Positions 50,135 to 60,646 of a DNA stretch of 64,000 nt are shown piece by piece (position 1 is the stretch's first letter; every line of letters starts with the position of its first letter). The stretch spans positions 3,232,001 through 3,296,000 of the forward strand of contig OY759316.1 in NCBI GenBank assembly GCA_963662275.1, written 5' to 3'. The notes under the pieces were generated by a model. It had not been told where the DNA came from, did no database searches, and was given only the letters and a program-made list of their open reading frames with translations. The stretch comes from Candidatus Cloacimonadales bacterium. Lineage in GTDB: Bacteria; Cloacimonadota; Cloacimonadia; Cloacimonadales; DAONDQ01. A program made the position numbers and the translations under genes.

Positions 50135-50788
50135 TTACCAGTATTTTGCATTTTTAGGTCTTTTTGCCGGAACTTGCTGTTTCTTTTTCATATCATTCCT
50201 CTCATTTTCCATCAAAGCTTTCAATAATTGATCTGCATCTTTTTTCTTTTGATCCTGTTGAGTCTGCGGAGTGCTTTTTTGTTGTTCTTTCTTTTGCTCT
50301 TTTTTCTGATCCTGTTTCTGATCCTGCTTCTGTTTCTGCTTTTGCTGCTGCTGTTGAATCAAGGCTTTTTTTGCCATTTCATAATTATATCGTGCTTCCT
50401 GATTCTTCGGTGAATCAATGACAGCTTTTTTATAATTGTCAAGTGCCTGCTCATATTCTTTTTTATTATAATGTATATTCCCCATGTTCTGATAGGCTTT
50501 GCTCTGATCCTTAAAATTTTTATCGGTAAGCGCTTTCTGATATGAAGTGAGCGCATCATCCACCTTACCCAGCTTATAATTCGTATTGCCGGAATTGTAT
50601 TGAAGGCGTCCATCTTTCGGATGGTTAACAGCATTCTTATCAAAAGTCTTACCAGCCTCAGTATATTTCTTTTTCTCGTATTGCTTCTTGCCTTTCGCAT
50701 TCTGATATGATTTATCGAAATTGATATCGATAGCAGAAAGGGCAGAGAACAGGAACATGGCAATCAGTAATATAGATATTTTCTTCAT
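50135..50788 (-). CDS. batC: BatC-like TPR protein with Q/K-rich tail
   Basis: TPRs, 'ARYNYE', poly-Q/K region, ends 'KYW'. Confidence 0.82.
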   Translation of the reverse strand: MKKISILLIAMFLFSALSAIDINFDKSYQNAKGKKQYEKKKYTEAGKTFDKNAVNHPKDGRLQYNSGNTNYKLGKVDDALTSYQKALTDKNFKDQSKAYQNMGNIHYNKKEYEQALDNYKKAVIDSPKNQEARYNYEMAKKALIQQQQQKQKQKQDQKQDQKKEQKKEQQKSTPQTQQDQKKKDADQLLKALMENERNDMKKKQQVPAKRPKNAKYW

Positions 50789-50795
50789 TTTACAC

Positions 50796-51812
50796 CTATG
50801 ACAAAAATCTTTTTGGTTCCGTGTTTCGTTTGAAAGTCAAGACAGAAGCAATCAGGAATAGGAATAAAGAAAATCCTGCGAACCAGGTGTATTGTTCCTT
50901 GTATCGGTCATAATACTTGGAAGAGTACTTATTCTTTTCAAATCCTTCTATCGATTTCATGATCGCATAGATTTCGGATTGCTGGGGAGTTACCAGGTAG
51001 AACCTGCCGCCTGTTGCTGATGATATTTCATTCAGTGTTCTGCTATCCAGTTTGGATACGACAAAATTACCTGATTCATCAAGAGCATTATGGACATTTC
51101 CATTTTCATCCTTGATCGGAATGGAACTGCCACCGGATGACCCTACTCCCAGTGTGTATACGGTAATTTTCTTGTTCGACATTTTTCGTGCCTGGGCAAT
51201 CACATTTCCTTCCAGGTTTTCACCATCACTGATTAGAACCACAACCCGATTCTTTGTATTTTCAGGAAATACACTTTCTGCTTTTGATAAAGCGGCTGTG
51301 ATATCTGTTCCGAATATTGGAACTGAATCCGTATTCAAATTGCCTAAAAAGAGTTTAGCAGCACCATAGTCATCCGTGAGCGGACATTGTACAAAGGCAG
51401 TACCTGCAAAAGCAACGATGGCTATGCGGTCACCTCGTAACTGATCAATAAATAATGATATCTGATCTTTTGCTCTTTCCAGACGACTGGGTTGGATATC
51501 TGTTGCATCCATGCTTTTAGATACATCAATGCAGACAACAATATCCAGTCCGTTTCTCTGCATCATCTGCATTTCCCTATCCCATTGGGGGCGAGCTAAA
51601 GCCAATACCAGGAAGAAAAAAGCGCCAAGTAGAAGAGCAGCTTTCAAATACCAATGAAAAATTGAAAGAGGCTGCAAATAAAAAGGCAGAAAACGGTTTT
51701 CAGCGAATTTCTCCATCCTGGAAGCACGCTTTCTTTTATCCTGTGACAGGTAAAATAGCCCCACTGGAATCAGAAGCAGGAGCAACAGAAAATATGGATT
51801 TCCCCAATGCAT
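50796..51812 (-). CDS. batB: BatB-like VWA domain protein
   Basis: 'LARPQW', MIDAS 'DVSKSM', 'PLTDD', 'SDGEN'. Confidence 0.88.
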   Translation of the reverse strand: MHWGNPYFLLLLLLIPVGLFYLSQDKRKRASRMEKFAENRFLPFYLQPLSIFHWYLKAALLLGAFFFLVLALARPQWDREMQMMQRNGLDIVVCIDVSKSMDATDIQPSRLERAKDQISLFIDQLRGDRIAIVAFAGTAFVQCPLTDDYGAAKLFLGNLNTDSVPIFGTDITAALSKAESVFPENTKNRVVVLISDGENLEGNVIAQARKMSNKKITVYTLGVGSSGGSSIPIKDENGNVHNALDESGNFVVSKLDSRTLNEISSATGGRFYLVTPQQSEIYAIMKSIEGFEKNKYSSKYYDRYKEQYTWFAGFSLFLFLIASVLTFKRNTEPKRFLS

Positions 51813-51824
51813 TTCATCACTCCT

Positions 51825-52817
51825 TTAAGGTAATTCCCTACGCCAGACATACAGTAATACAAATTGCAGCAGCATCAGCAAGGCAGCAAAACCCAGCAAA
51901 TAGCTGAACAACTCACGATAAGTATAATAGTTATTCACTTTGTATTTCGTTTTTTCCAAGTTATCGATGTTTTTCACAATATCGCCTAATTCATTTGTGC
52001 TCGTAGCTAAACTAGCTTTTCCGGTACCAGTAATAGAAGCAATGCGATCCAAAGTAGCCATGTCCATATCTATCTTCACTTTTACATAACGTCTACCGAA
52101 TGTAGGATCATCCACAGGGAAATCGACAAGTCCATTACTCCCGACTCCGATCGGATACACTCTAATTTTGTATGTATTTGCCAAGTCAGCAGCAGTTGAA
52201 GGATCAATTTCACCGGTATTGTTATTACCATCAGTAATGAGAATGATCACCTTCGATTTTGCCTCAGAACTCTTCAACCTGGCGACCGCAGTAGCCAAAC
52301 CCATGCCAATGGCAGTAGAACTGGCTTCCTCATTGATTTTGATATTATCGAGAAGTTGTAATAAGATATTATAATCCAACGTCAAAGGACATTGAGTCAA
52401 TGCATATTCGGAAAAGACTACAAGTCCAATACGATCGTTTTGCCGATTGGAAATAAAGTCACGTGCCACTGTTTTGGCTGCTTCCAATCTGTTTGTTGGT
52501 TTGAAATCCACTGCCATCATGGAACCGCTGACATCCAAAGCAATGACTATATCGATACCCTTCCCCTGAACTTCAGAGTTCTTGAAACCAAGACGTGGAC
52601 GAACCAAGGTAAGAACCAGTGTTAAAATAATGAGACAGTTAATAGTTATTTGAACATACTTCCAAAGATGTTCCTTCTTCGCTATTTTCCTGATCAGGTT
52701 TAAACGGCTAAATGGAAGAAAGATACGTTTTTTAAAACCGATCTTCCATTCATAATAAAGGTAAGCTGGTATTAAGAGTAACCCAAGTAATAACCAGGGA
52801 TGGAGGAACTCAAGCAT
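51825..52817 (-). CDS. batA: BatA-like VWA domain protein
   Basis: 'DVSGSM', 'NRLEAAK', 'TAIGMGLATAV', 'TDGNNN'. Confidence 0.9.
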   Translation of the reverse strand: MLEFLHPWLLLGLLLIPAYLYYEWKIGFKKRIFLPFSRLNLIRKIAKKEHLWKYVQITINCLIILTLVLTLVRPRLGFKNSEVQGKGIDIVIALDVSGSMMAVDFKPTNRLEAAKTVARDFISNRQNDRIGLVVFSEYALTQCPLTLDYNILLQLLDNIKINEEASSTAIGMGLATAVARLKSSEAKSKVIILITDGNNNTGEIDPSTAADLANTYKIRVYPIGVGSNGLVDFPVDDPTFGRRYVKVKIDMDMATLDRIASITGTGKASLATSTNELGDIVKNIDNLEKTKYKVNNYYTYRELFSYLLGFAALLMLLQFVLLYVWRRELP

Positions 52818-53724
52818 TGGGAGTCTCCTTTTCCACTGGTTTTTCTATTTGGCTGAAAGATTGCAGATACTGGTATAACCAGCGATAGGCTTCCTCAGAA
52901 TCACCGGGCGTAGGAATATGTTTGGCAAACTTCACTCTATCCGCTTCCTGCAAGTATTCCACAATTCCTGCTTTCCAGGTATAATCATTTGAGCTTAGTA
53001 TATCATGTATTTCAGAAGTTGTCATTTCCACGGCATTGAATCCGGCATAGTTTTCAATAAAACGACGCAGGATCATAGATAAGCCGAAATGGTAATCCAG
53101 GAACTCACCTTTATCCAAGAGTCGTTGAGATTGCAGTAAAACCAATTCGTCCAAGGCAATCTGCCAAGCGGGACGTGAATCGACAGGTTTTCCAATGGGT
53201 ATGATTTGTTTCTTCCTGAAATGCAGATAATGGATGATTAGATAAGTAATACCCGCAATGAGAACTAAAGCCAAGAGAATAACGATGTAATTCCAAATTG
53301 TCCAGGGAACATTCAGTGCATCTGCAATATCCTTGAGTTTAGGCTCTCCTTTTGGGGGAAGAACAGATCTTACGGTTAGGTTAAACGGAATGATGGCTGC
53401 ACTATCAGCGGTTGTCTTTTTATATACTTCAATTTTGAGAGCAGGAAACTGGAGATTTCCTACTTCAAAAGCAGCAGCTTTGATAATGAATTCATTCTTT
53501 CCTTTTTCTGTTGATCTCTTCTGTTCCAGTATTTGAAAATTAGGCAGAGAATCGGGAATAACCACATTGAGACTATCCGTTCCTTGAGGCAGGGAAAGAT
53601 GAATATAGAATGGAATCCCAATATATAGTGTATCAGGTATTTCATTTTTTTGTGTTAACGTCATAGCATGAGCCAGGCTCAGTGATAAAAAGAGGATAAG
53701 GAGTAATATTAGTTTTCGATTCAT
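52810..53724 (-). CDS. Bat-operon membrane protein
   Basis: Signal peptide, one TM, 'EMTTSEI', 'ADRVKFAK'. Confidence 0.8.
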   Translation of the reverse strand: MNRKLILLLILFLSLSLAHAMTLTQKNEIPDTLYIGIPFYIHLSLPQGTDSLNVVIPDSLPNFQILEQKRSTEKGKNEFIIKAAAFEVGNLQFPALKIEVYKKTTADSAAIIPFNLTVRSVLPPKGEPKLKDIADALNVPWTIWNYIVILLALVLIAGITYLIIHYLHFRKKQIIPIGKPVDSRPAWQIALDELVLLQSQRLLDKGEFLDYHFGLSMILRRFIENYAGFNAVEMTTSEIHDILSSNDYTWKAGIVEYLQEADRVKFAKHIPTPGDSEEAYRWLYQYLQSFSQIEKPVEKETPNA

Positions 53725-53725
53725 A

Positions 53726-54610
53726 TTATGATTTTACTCTTTTCCGTATTCTTGTTTTAAAGAACTTCTGCAATTCAGTAACATATGATTGATCTGTTTT
53801 CAGATTAACCAGGTCGACTTGCATCTTCTTAAAACGTGATTGAAGGTCATTTTCCCAATCCTGGGATTGTTTATTATACTGCTTTCTAATAGCGCTGTTC
53901 ATTGAATTCACTGTGAAAGTATCTCCCGTTTCAGGGTCTTGCAGATGAAGAATACCGGCTTTGGGTAATTCCAATTCAGCCTGGTCAATGACACGCAGTG
54001 CCACAACATCATGCTTCTTTCCCAGGAGTTGAAGACTTCTTTCATATCCTTTATCATAGAAATCAGATACAATGAAGAAGATACTGCGTTTCTTTACTAA
54101 ATGTGAGATATATTCAACTGCCTGGCGTATATTTGTACCTTTCCCTTTCGGTTCATAGAACAGGATATCTCTCAGGATTTGCAAGGCAGCCTTCTTTCCT
54201 TTGCGAGGTGGAACATACTTTTCTATTTTATCAGAAAAAAGTAATAATCCAACTTTATCCTGGTTGGAAAGGGCAGAAAATGAAAGAACAGCCGTTACTT
54301 CTGTGATATACTCTGATTTCAGGTATTGCCTTGTTCCAAAGACATTGGAAGCGCTGCAATCAACCAGGAAGATGACATTCAATTCGCGGGTTTCTTCGAA
54401 CTTCTTAATGTAAGGATGACCCATACGGGCAGATACATTCCAATCGATATCCCGATAGCTATCACCTATCTGGTATTCGCGTACTTCAGCGAATTCCAGT
54501 CCCTGTCCACGGAATACGCTATGGTATTCCCCGGAAAAGACTTCCTGCACCATGTTTTTGGTAGTGATTTCAATTCGTCTGATACGTTTCAGAATATCGG
54601 ATGTATCCAT
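53726..54610 (-). CDS. DUF58 family protein
   Basis: 'GEYHSVFRGQGLEFAEVREY', 'IDWNVSAR', 'SDF'. Confidence 0.93.
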   Translation of the reverse strand: MDTSDILKRIRRIEITTKNMVQEVFSGEYHSVFRGQGLEFAEVREYQIGDSYRDIDWNVSARMGHPYIKKFEETRELNVIFLVDCSASNVFGTRQYLKSEYITEVTAVLSFSALSNQDKVGLLLFSDKIEKYVPPRKGKKAALQILRDILFYEPKGKGTNIRQAVEYISHLVKKRSIFFIVSDFYDKGYERSLQLLGKKHDVVALRVIDQAELELPKAGILHLQDPETGDTFTVNSMNSAIRKQYNKQSQDWENDLQSRFKKMQVDLVNLKTDQSYVTELQKFFKTRIRKRVKS

Positions 54611-54613
54611 AAA

Positions 54614-55600
54614 TTATGGAACCTCTATCTCATCGAATATCTTACTGATAATCTGTTCCTGGGTAACTTGTTCCGCTTCCGCTTCATAGGTCAGAATGAC
54701 ACGATGACGCAAGACATCCCTTCCAATTGCTTTAATATCATCAGGAATCACATAACCGCGATGTTCCAGGAAAGCATGAGCTTTGGCAGCACGAGCAAGA
54801 TAAATTGATGCACGGGGAGAAGCACCACATTCGATCATATTGTTCAAACTTTGGAGATTGCGGAAGTCAGAGGGATTACGGGTTGCAAAGACTAAATCCA
54901 GGATATATTCCTTCAATTTGTCTTCCATGTAGATTTCCTTGATGACTTCACGCATCTTCATAATCTGGGATGGTTCCAAGACAGGAGTAACCAGTATGGC
55001 TTCATCTGGAACCATACGGTTCATAATTTGTCTTTCTTCATCACGATTCGGATAATCAATTCTTAATTTCAGCATAAAACGGTCAACTTGAGCTTCCGGT
55101 AAAGGATATGTACCTTCCTGTTCCAATGGATTCTGGGTTGCCATGACTAAAAAAGGTGTAGGCAGGGAATAGGTTGTATCACCGATAGTAACCTGTCTTT
55201 CCTGCATTGCTTCTAACAGGGCAGACTGTACTTTCGACGGTGCTCTGTTGATTTCATCGGCAAGGATGAAATTGGCAAATATTGGTCCATGTTTCACTAT
55301 AAAATCAGATGTCTTCTGGTTGTAGATTAGTGTTCCTGTCACATCAGCAGGTAGTAAGTCTGGTGTGAATTGAATCCTATGAAATGAACTCTTGATAGTT
55401 TGAGCAATGGTGGAAATCGTCAACGTTTTAGCAAGACCGGGTACACCTTCCAGCAGGAGATGTCCATTTGCTAAAAGCCCAACGAGAATACGTTTCACCA
55501 TGTAGTTCTGCCCGACAATGACTTTCTGGACTTCCTTGATCACATCGTCTAAAACAACACTACTTTCAAGCACCTTGCGATGAATTTCCTCTATCATCAT
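54614..55600 (-). CDS. moxR: MoxR family AAA+ ATPase
   Basis: 'EGVPGLAKT', 'IQFTPDLLPAD', 'DEINRA', 'ATQNPLEQEGTYPLPEAQVDRF'; AGGAGG before ATG 55600. Confidence 0.95.
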   Translation of the reverse strand: MMIEEIHRKVLESSVVLDDVIKEVQKVIVGQNYMVKRILVGLLANGHLLLEGVPGLAKTLTISTIAQTIKSSFHRIQFTPDLLPADVTGTLIYNQKTSDFIVKHGPIFANFILADEINRAPSKVQSALLEAMQERQVTIGDTTYSLPTPFLVMATQNPLEQEGTYPLPEAQVDRFMLKLRIDYPNRDEERQIMNRMVPDEAILVTPVLEPSQIMKMREVIKEIYMEDKLKEYILDLVFATRNPSDFRNLQSLNNMIECGASPRASIYLARAAKAHAFLEHRGYVIPDDIKAIGRDVLRHRVILTYEAEAEQVTQEQIISKIFDEIEVP

Positions 55601-55622
55601 AATTCCTCCTAAAACAAATATA

Positions 55623-56132
55623 TCATTTATGCCAATCGGCACGAGTAAATGTCTGCTGTTCGAATACCTGACCGTTCAGGTCTTTCCAATCCAGGTTCAT
55701 TTTCTCTTTATCAAGCGTGATCATCAGATAGGAAGCATGATGATTACGATGATGAGAGCTTTTTAAATGTCCCGGGTTGGCATATAATATGCCTTTTCGA
55801 AATTGGTAAGAAGGATGATGCGTATGACCAAATAAAACCACATCATCCGGTGGTGTAATATATTCAATATCTTCCTGTCTATGCACTAGCTGAAATCTCC
55901 AATTTTCAACAGTGATATGCTGTATCATGGGTACGGCTTCATCCTGGCTAAGATTATTCATGAGACCTGGCACTTTAAACACTTTCTTGGTATCTGTCAA
56001 ATCAGAGTTATTGTCCAAATCTGAATAATCATCACCTAAATGAAAAAAAACATCGAACTTTTCAGAAAGACACACTTCTCGTAAATACGGTTGATTTCCA
56101 TGTGTGTCAGACATCACAAGAATACGTTTCAC
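55623..56132 (-). CDS. YfcE-like metallophosphoesterase
   Basis: 'SDTHGN', 'HLGD', 'FGHTH', 'NPG'. Confidence 0.88.
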   Translation of the reverse strand: MKRILVMSDTHGNQPYLREVCLSEKFDVFFHLGDDYSDLDNNSDLTDTKKVFKVPGLMNNLSQDEAVPMIQHITVENWRFQLVHRQEDIEYITPPDDVVLFGHTHHPSYQFRKGILYANPGHLKSSHHRNHHASYLMITLDKEKMNLDWKDLNGQVFEQQTFTRADWHK

Positions 56133-56163
56133 TTATGCACCTATAATTCCGTAAATTCAAATT

Positions 56164-57816
56164 CTACATTTTTTCAGGAGCTGATATCCCCATCAGTTTG
56201 AAACTTACCGCCAGTACATTCTTCACTGCCATGATCAGGTATAAGCGCCCCATGGATAAGACAAGCGACTTCTTGTTCACAATCACGTACTTAGAATAGT
56301 AACGGTGGAACATACCCGCAAGTTCGTAGGCATAAGCAGCCAAACGATGCGGTTCTCTACTATCCGCTATTGAGACAAGCACAGACGGAAATTCCAGCAT
56401 TTTTTTTATAATTGTAATTTCTTCCGGTTTTGTTAATTTCTTAAGCATCTCGGGATTAAGTTCTTTGAGACTTATCTTATCTTTCTTTGCTTTTTTCAGG
56501 ATGCTGCATATACGTGCATGAGCATACTGGCAATAAAAGACAGGATTTTCATTCGACTTTTTCTTTGCTAGTTCTATATCAAAATTTAAATGAGAATTTG
56601 GTCTTCTATCCAAAAAGAAATATCTTGTAGCGTCTGTACCAACATAATCCACCAATTCATCCATAGTAACAATAGTGCCTAAACGTTTAGACATCTTGAC
56701 CTTTTCACCACTATCGAATAAATTTACCTGTTGCAGGAATATGATCTCCAATTTCTCTTCGGGATATTTTAAAGCGTGAATAGCAGCTTTCAAGCGGGGA
56801 ACATAACCATGGTGATCAGGACCCAGAACATCGATCATAACATCGAAAGAACGCTGATACTTGGTTAAGTGATAAGCCAGGTCAGGTACAAAATAAGTAA
56901 TCGAACCGTCAGCTTTCATCAAAACACGGTCTTTATCATCACCAAACTTACTGGAGCAGAACCAGATGGCGTCTTCTTTTTCATATGTGCAATCCGCTTC
57001 TGCCAGGTAGCTCAATACTTCTTCCACAACACCTTGCTGGCGTAACGTCTTTTCAGATACCCAACTATCAAAGAATACATCAAATTTCTCCAGGCTTTTC
57101 ACCTGCATCTCATGAATTTGCTCTAAAGCAAAATCCTTGAGGTGTTCTGTTCTTTCCCGATCAGCTAAGAGTAAAACTCTTGTGCCTTCCAGAGTATTCA
57201 ACCTATGGGCAAGATCTTTCACATACTCTCCATGATATGCTTCAAAAGGAAATTCACCGATGTTTTCACCATGCATTTCACGAAGCCTCAACTCAAGAGA
57301 TTCTGCTAAAATATCAACTTGATTGCCTGCATCATTAATATAGAATTCTCGCATGGCATCGTAACCTACAAATTTCATCACACGGCAAAGTGAATCGCCA
57401 AATGCTGCAGCACGGGCACTTACTATGTTCAAAGGACCTGTGGGATTAGCACTGACGAATTCCAACAAAATACGCTTGCCTATTCCTGCTTCTGAAGCTC
57501 CCCACATCTCATTCTTCTCAATGATATCCTTAAGAAGCTTCTGATAAACAGAGATGTTCAGTGTCATATTAAGAAAGCCGGGACCTGCAATCTCACATTT
57601 CTTGTAATCCTTGTTCTTACTCAATTCAGCACAGATTTTCTCCGCTAATTCATACGGTTTCATTCTATTCAGCTTGCTTAAGACCATTGCCAGGTTTGAT
57701 GAATAATCTCCGAATTCTTCGTTCGCTTGCGTTTCGATAACAAACTTATCATTCGTTTTCAGATTCAGGTTTTTCAGGCATAGATTTAAATCATTGGTAA
57801 TCTTAAATTTTATCAT
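56164..57816 (-). CDS. argS: Arginine--tRNA ligase
   Basis: 'EFVSANPTGP', 'YINDAGNQ', 'KMSKR', 'QYAHARICSI', 'SAPEKM'. Confidence 0.97.
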   Translation of the reverse strand: MIKFKITNDLNLCLKNLNLKTNDKFVIETQANEEFGDYSSNLAMVLSKLNRMKPYELAEKICAELSKNKDYKKCEIAGPGFLNMTLNISVYQKLLKDIIEKNEMWGASEAGIGKRILLEFVSANPTGPLNIVSARAAAFGDSLCRVMKFVGYDAMREFYINDAGNQVDILAESLELRLREMHGENIGEFPFEAYHGEYVKDLAHRLNTLEGTRVLLLADRERTEHLKDFALEQIHEMQVKSLEKFDVFFDSWVSEKTLRQQGVVEEVLSYLAEADCTYEKEDAIWFCSSKFGDDKDRVLMKADGSITYFVPDLAYHLTKYQRSFDVMIDVLGPDHHGYVPRLKAAIHALKYPEEKLEIIFLQQVNLFDSGEKVKMSKRLGTIVTMDELVDYVGTDATRYFFLDRRPNSHLNFDIELAKKKSNENPVFYCQYAHARICSILKKAKKDKISLKELNPEMLKKLTKPEEITIIKKMLEFPSVLVSIADSREPHRLAAYAYELAGMFHRYYSKYVIVNKKSLVLSMGRLYLIMAVKNVLAVSFKLMGISAPEKM

Positions 57817-58171
57817 TAGAAATCGCTTCCTGTATTGGTTTTGTTTCTAAACTTTCAAAGAGCTGATCTATTTTGAAATTCTCACGTATTGCAGGTAAAA
57901 AGATATGAACGATAATATCTGACATGTCGATTAATACCCACTGCCCATTATCCAAACCTTCGCTTCCCAAGGTTGTATATTTGATTTCTTTTGCCTTATC
58001 CTTGATGAAGCTTGCAATCGCTCTTAAATGAAGTGATGAATTGCCTTCACATACGATCACATAATCAGTGTAAGATGTCTTCCCGAGAAGATCAAATGTT
58101 CTTATATTTTCAGCTTTTCTTTCTTCAGCCCATTGGACAATCAGATTAACCATTTCTTTAGTCGTTGGCAT
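57803..58171 (-). CDS. rsfS: Ribosome silencing factor
   Basis: 'KAENI', 'TDYVIVCEG', 'WVLID..DIIVHIF'. Confidence 0.92.
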   Translation of the reverse strand: MPTTKEMVNLIVQWAEERKAENIRTFDLLGKTSYTDYVIVCEGNSSLHLRAIASFIKDKAKEIKYTTLGSEGLDNGQWVLIDMSDIIVHIFLPAIRENFKIDQLFESLETKPIQEAISNDKI

Positions 58172-58178
58172 ATCACTC

Positions 58179-58631
58179 CTATTCCTTTTTCTGGCTTTGT
58201 ATCAATTCTTCATAATCTTTACCGATGACAATAACGAAGGGAGCGACCGCATAATCACTCTCAGCGAGTGTCCATTGTTGAATTCCCGTCATTTTCATCA
58301 ATCTTAGTAAATCATCTCGATCCATCTTCTTAACTACAATGATCGTCTTATTATAGATAAATTTCTCTGCATTCCCGGTAGTAACAATATCAATATTCTT
58401 ATCTGCCAGATACTCAGTCATATCCGTGGCTGCACCTTCAAATCCACATCCATTCTTTAGACTTATCTTGATAGATGGAAGTGTTGCCTCTAAGGATGCC
58501 TTCTTCTGCATGGTTTTATGCTTATAGACAAAATATCCTGCGATACATGCGATAACAAATACTATTACAATTACCAGTATCAGCCATCTTCTGCTTTTCG
58601 TAGGCGTCAAATTATTTGTGGGTATGCTCAT
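58179..58631 (-). CDS. Membrane-anchored LytR C-terminal domain protein
   Basis: TM followed by 'LKNGCGFEGAA', 'GNA', 'IVIGKDY'. Confidence 0.8.
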   Translation of the reverse strand: MSIPTNNLTPTKSRRWLILVIVIVFVIACIAGYFVYKHKTMQKKASLEATLPSIKISLKNGCGFEGAATDMTEYLADKNIDIVTTGNAEKFIYNKTIIVVKKMDRDDLLRLMKMTGIQQWTLAESDYAVAPFVIVIGKDYEELIQSQKKE

Positions 58632-59115
58632 TGTCAAACTGTTCCTGTAATAGGGTGAAGGTCTTCTCAAAGGCTTCCGGAATTACTCGGATGCCACCAA
58701 TGACCGACATAAAATTGCAATCTCCAGACCAACGAGGTACTAAATGCACATGAAGATGTTCATCAATGCCTGCTCCAGCAGCTTTTCCCAAGTTCATTCC
58801 AATATTTATTCCATCTGGATGGTAGGCATTCCGAAGCACTTTTTCTGTCAGTTGAACGGTCTCGAACAAATCGTTTATTTCCTCAGAGTATAATTCTATT
58901 AATGAAGAAACATGACGAAAAGGAACAACCATAACGTGTCCATTATTATATGGATAGAGGTTGATAATAACAAAACTGTGAACACTTCGATATACAATCA
59001 GGTGTTTAGCATCATCTGATGCTTGAGGTTTATGACAAAAAATACATTCCTGATCTTTTTTGGATAGTATGTATTCCAATCTCCATGGCGAATAGATAAA
59101 TTTCTTATCTTTCAT
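58612..59115 (-). CDS. HIT family hydrolase
   Basis: 'SPWR..YI', 'CIFC', 'NLYPYNNGH', 'HLHVHLVPRW'. Confidence 0.92.
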   Translation of the reverse strand: MKDKKFIYSPWRLEYILSKKDQECIFCHKPQASDDAKHLIVYRSVHSFVIINLYPYNNGHVMVVPFRHVSSLIELYSEEINDLFETVQLTEKVLRNAYHPDGINIGMNLGKAAGAGIDEHLHVHLVPRWSGDCNFMSVIGGIRVIPEAFEKTFTLLQEQFDNEHTHK

Positions 59116-60646
59116 CTTCAAGTACCATTTCACCTAAAGAGAGCTTATCACCTGTTTCGATTATCGTTCCCATGACTATGTTATACCCTTGTAAAATCAC
59201 TTTATCTTCAAGGATTGCTTCATTTAGATAAGAATTACATCCAATACGGCAATTGCTGCCAATCTTTGTTTCACCTTTCATGATACAATTAGCTTCGATC
59301 ATAGTATCATGTCCGATTATCACATCCTCACCGATAATAACGGAACATGGATTTTCTATGACGACTCCATTATTTAGCCAATGAGACTTGATTTCAGAAT
59401 AATACGCTACTTCCAAGTCAGCTAATTGTTCCTGTGAATTAATACCGGATGCTTCAATAAAATTATCCAGTAGAACTGCAGATACGATTGCTCCCTGTGC
59501 ATTCAGAATTTCGAGGGTATCAGTAAGATAATACTCATGCTGCTTATTTTCATTTGTGATCAATTTCAAGGTCTTGAATAAAGTCTGAACATCAAAGCAA
59601 TAAATTCCGGTATTTATTTCACGAATAGTACGCTGTTCTTCTGTGGCATCCTTGTATTCAATGATCTTTTCTACATGCTGAGTGACAGGGTGACGTATGA
59701 TACGCCCATATAAAGAAGGATCATCCATGACACAGGTTAGAACCGTACAGGCAGAATTACTTTCCCGATGTTCCTTTAAAAGATTCTGTAGTGTTTCAGC
59801 TTTTAGCAAAGGAACATCACCACAGAGGATAAATACATCCCCGTGAAAATCCTGGAAAACTGTTTCTGTCACCATGACAGCATGACCTGTCCCATTTTGT
59901 TCTTTTTGCTCTACAAAACTGATTCGATCATTCTCTTCGAGAGATTCAATGACTGATTCTTTCTGATATCCAATAACCACGCAAATGATCTCACTTTCAA
60001 GTTTTGAAGCTGTATCAACCACTCTTTGCAGGAGTGTTTTCCCCGCTAATTCAAAAGTAACTTTTGCTTTTTCAGATTTCATTCTTGTGCCTTTCCCGGC
60101 TGCAAGAATAATAGTTGAGACCTGTTTCATATCAGATATCTCCTTCAATTCGACTTGGTTATTATGTTCATTCACAGGAATCACGATTCCCATGAATTCG
60201 TCATATAGCTGTTTCATTGTTTTCCCTGATACAGGATGAATAAACGCAGAAGCAATTTCCACCATGGGTTTCAGGACAAATTCCCGATGCGATACTCCCG
60301 GGTGAGGAATGGTTATCATTTCATTTTCAATAATCTCCTGGTCAAAAAACAATATATCAAGATCAATGATACGGGGTCCCCATTTTTTTGTATCAAACCT
60401 GCCTAAAAGAATTTCAATTTTCTTTAATTGTTTCAACAAATCATGAGGTTCCAGCCCTGTCATAATCTTTACGACTTGGTTCAGGAAATCAGGCTGATCC
60501 GTTACACCAAAAGGTTTTGTTTCAATTACGGAACTTTCTTCAAGAATAATGACATCAGGGATATTGGATATTGCTTCCAAGGCTCTGCGTAAACTGCTTT
60601 CCCTGTCTCCAAGATTTGAACCTAGTCCAATAAATGTTAATTTCAT
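59105..60646 (-). CDS. folK: Fusion of FolK (HPPK) and a GlmU-like nucleotidyltransferase with short LbH tail
   Basis: N-terminal 'GLGSNLGDR', 'FLNQV', 'WGPRIIDLDIL', 'PHP'; C-terminal 'ILAAGKGTRMKS', 'GTGHAV', 'GDVPL', 'EYYLTD'. Confidence 0.9.
   Translation of the reverse strand: MKLTFIGLGSNLGDRESSLRRALEAISNIPDVIILEESSVIETKPFGVTDQPDFLNQVVKIMTGLEPHDLLKQLKKIEILLGRFDTKKWGPRIIDLDILFFDQEIIENEMITIPHPGVSHREFVLKPMVEIASAFIHPVSGKTMKQLYDEFMGIVIPVNEHNNQVELKEISDMKQVSTIILAAGKGTRMKSEKAKVTFELAGKTLLQRVVDTASKLESEIICVVIGYQKESVIESLEENDRISFVEQKEQNGTGHAVMVTETVFQDFHGDVFILCGDVPLLKAETLQNLLKEHRESNSACTVLTCVMDDPSLYGRIIRHPVTQHVEKIIEYKDATEEQRTIREINTGIYCFDVQTLFKTLKLITNENKQHEYYLTDTLEILNAQGAIVSAVLLDNFIEASGINSQEQLADLEVAYYSEIKSHWLNNGVVIENPCSVIIGEDVIIGHDTMIEANCIMKGETKIGSNCRIGCNSYLNEAILEDKVILQGYNIVMGTIIETGDKLSLGEMVLEDER

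Noticed and set aside
47532..55600. Bat/MoxR operon as a novel system
   Set aside because: Matches the known MoxR-DUF58-BatABCDE arrangement.
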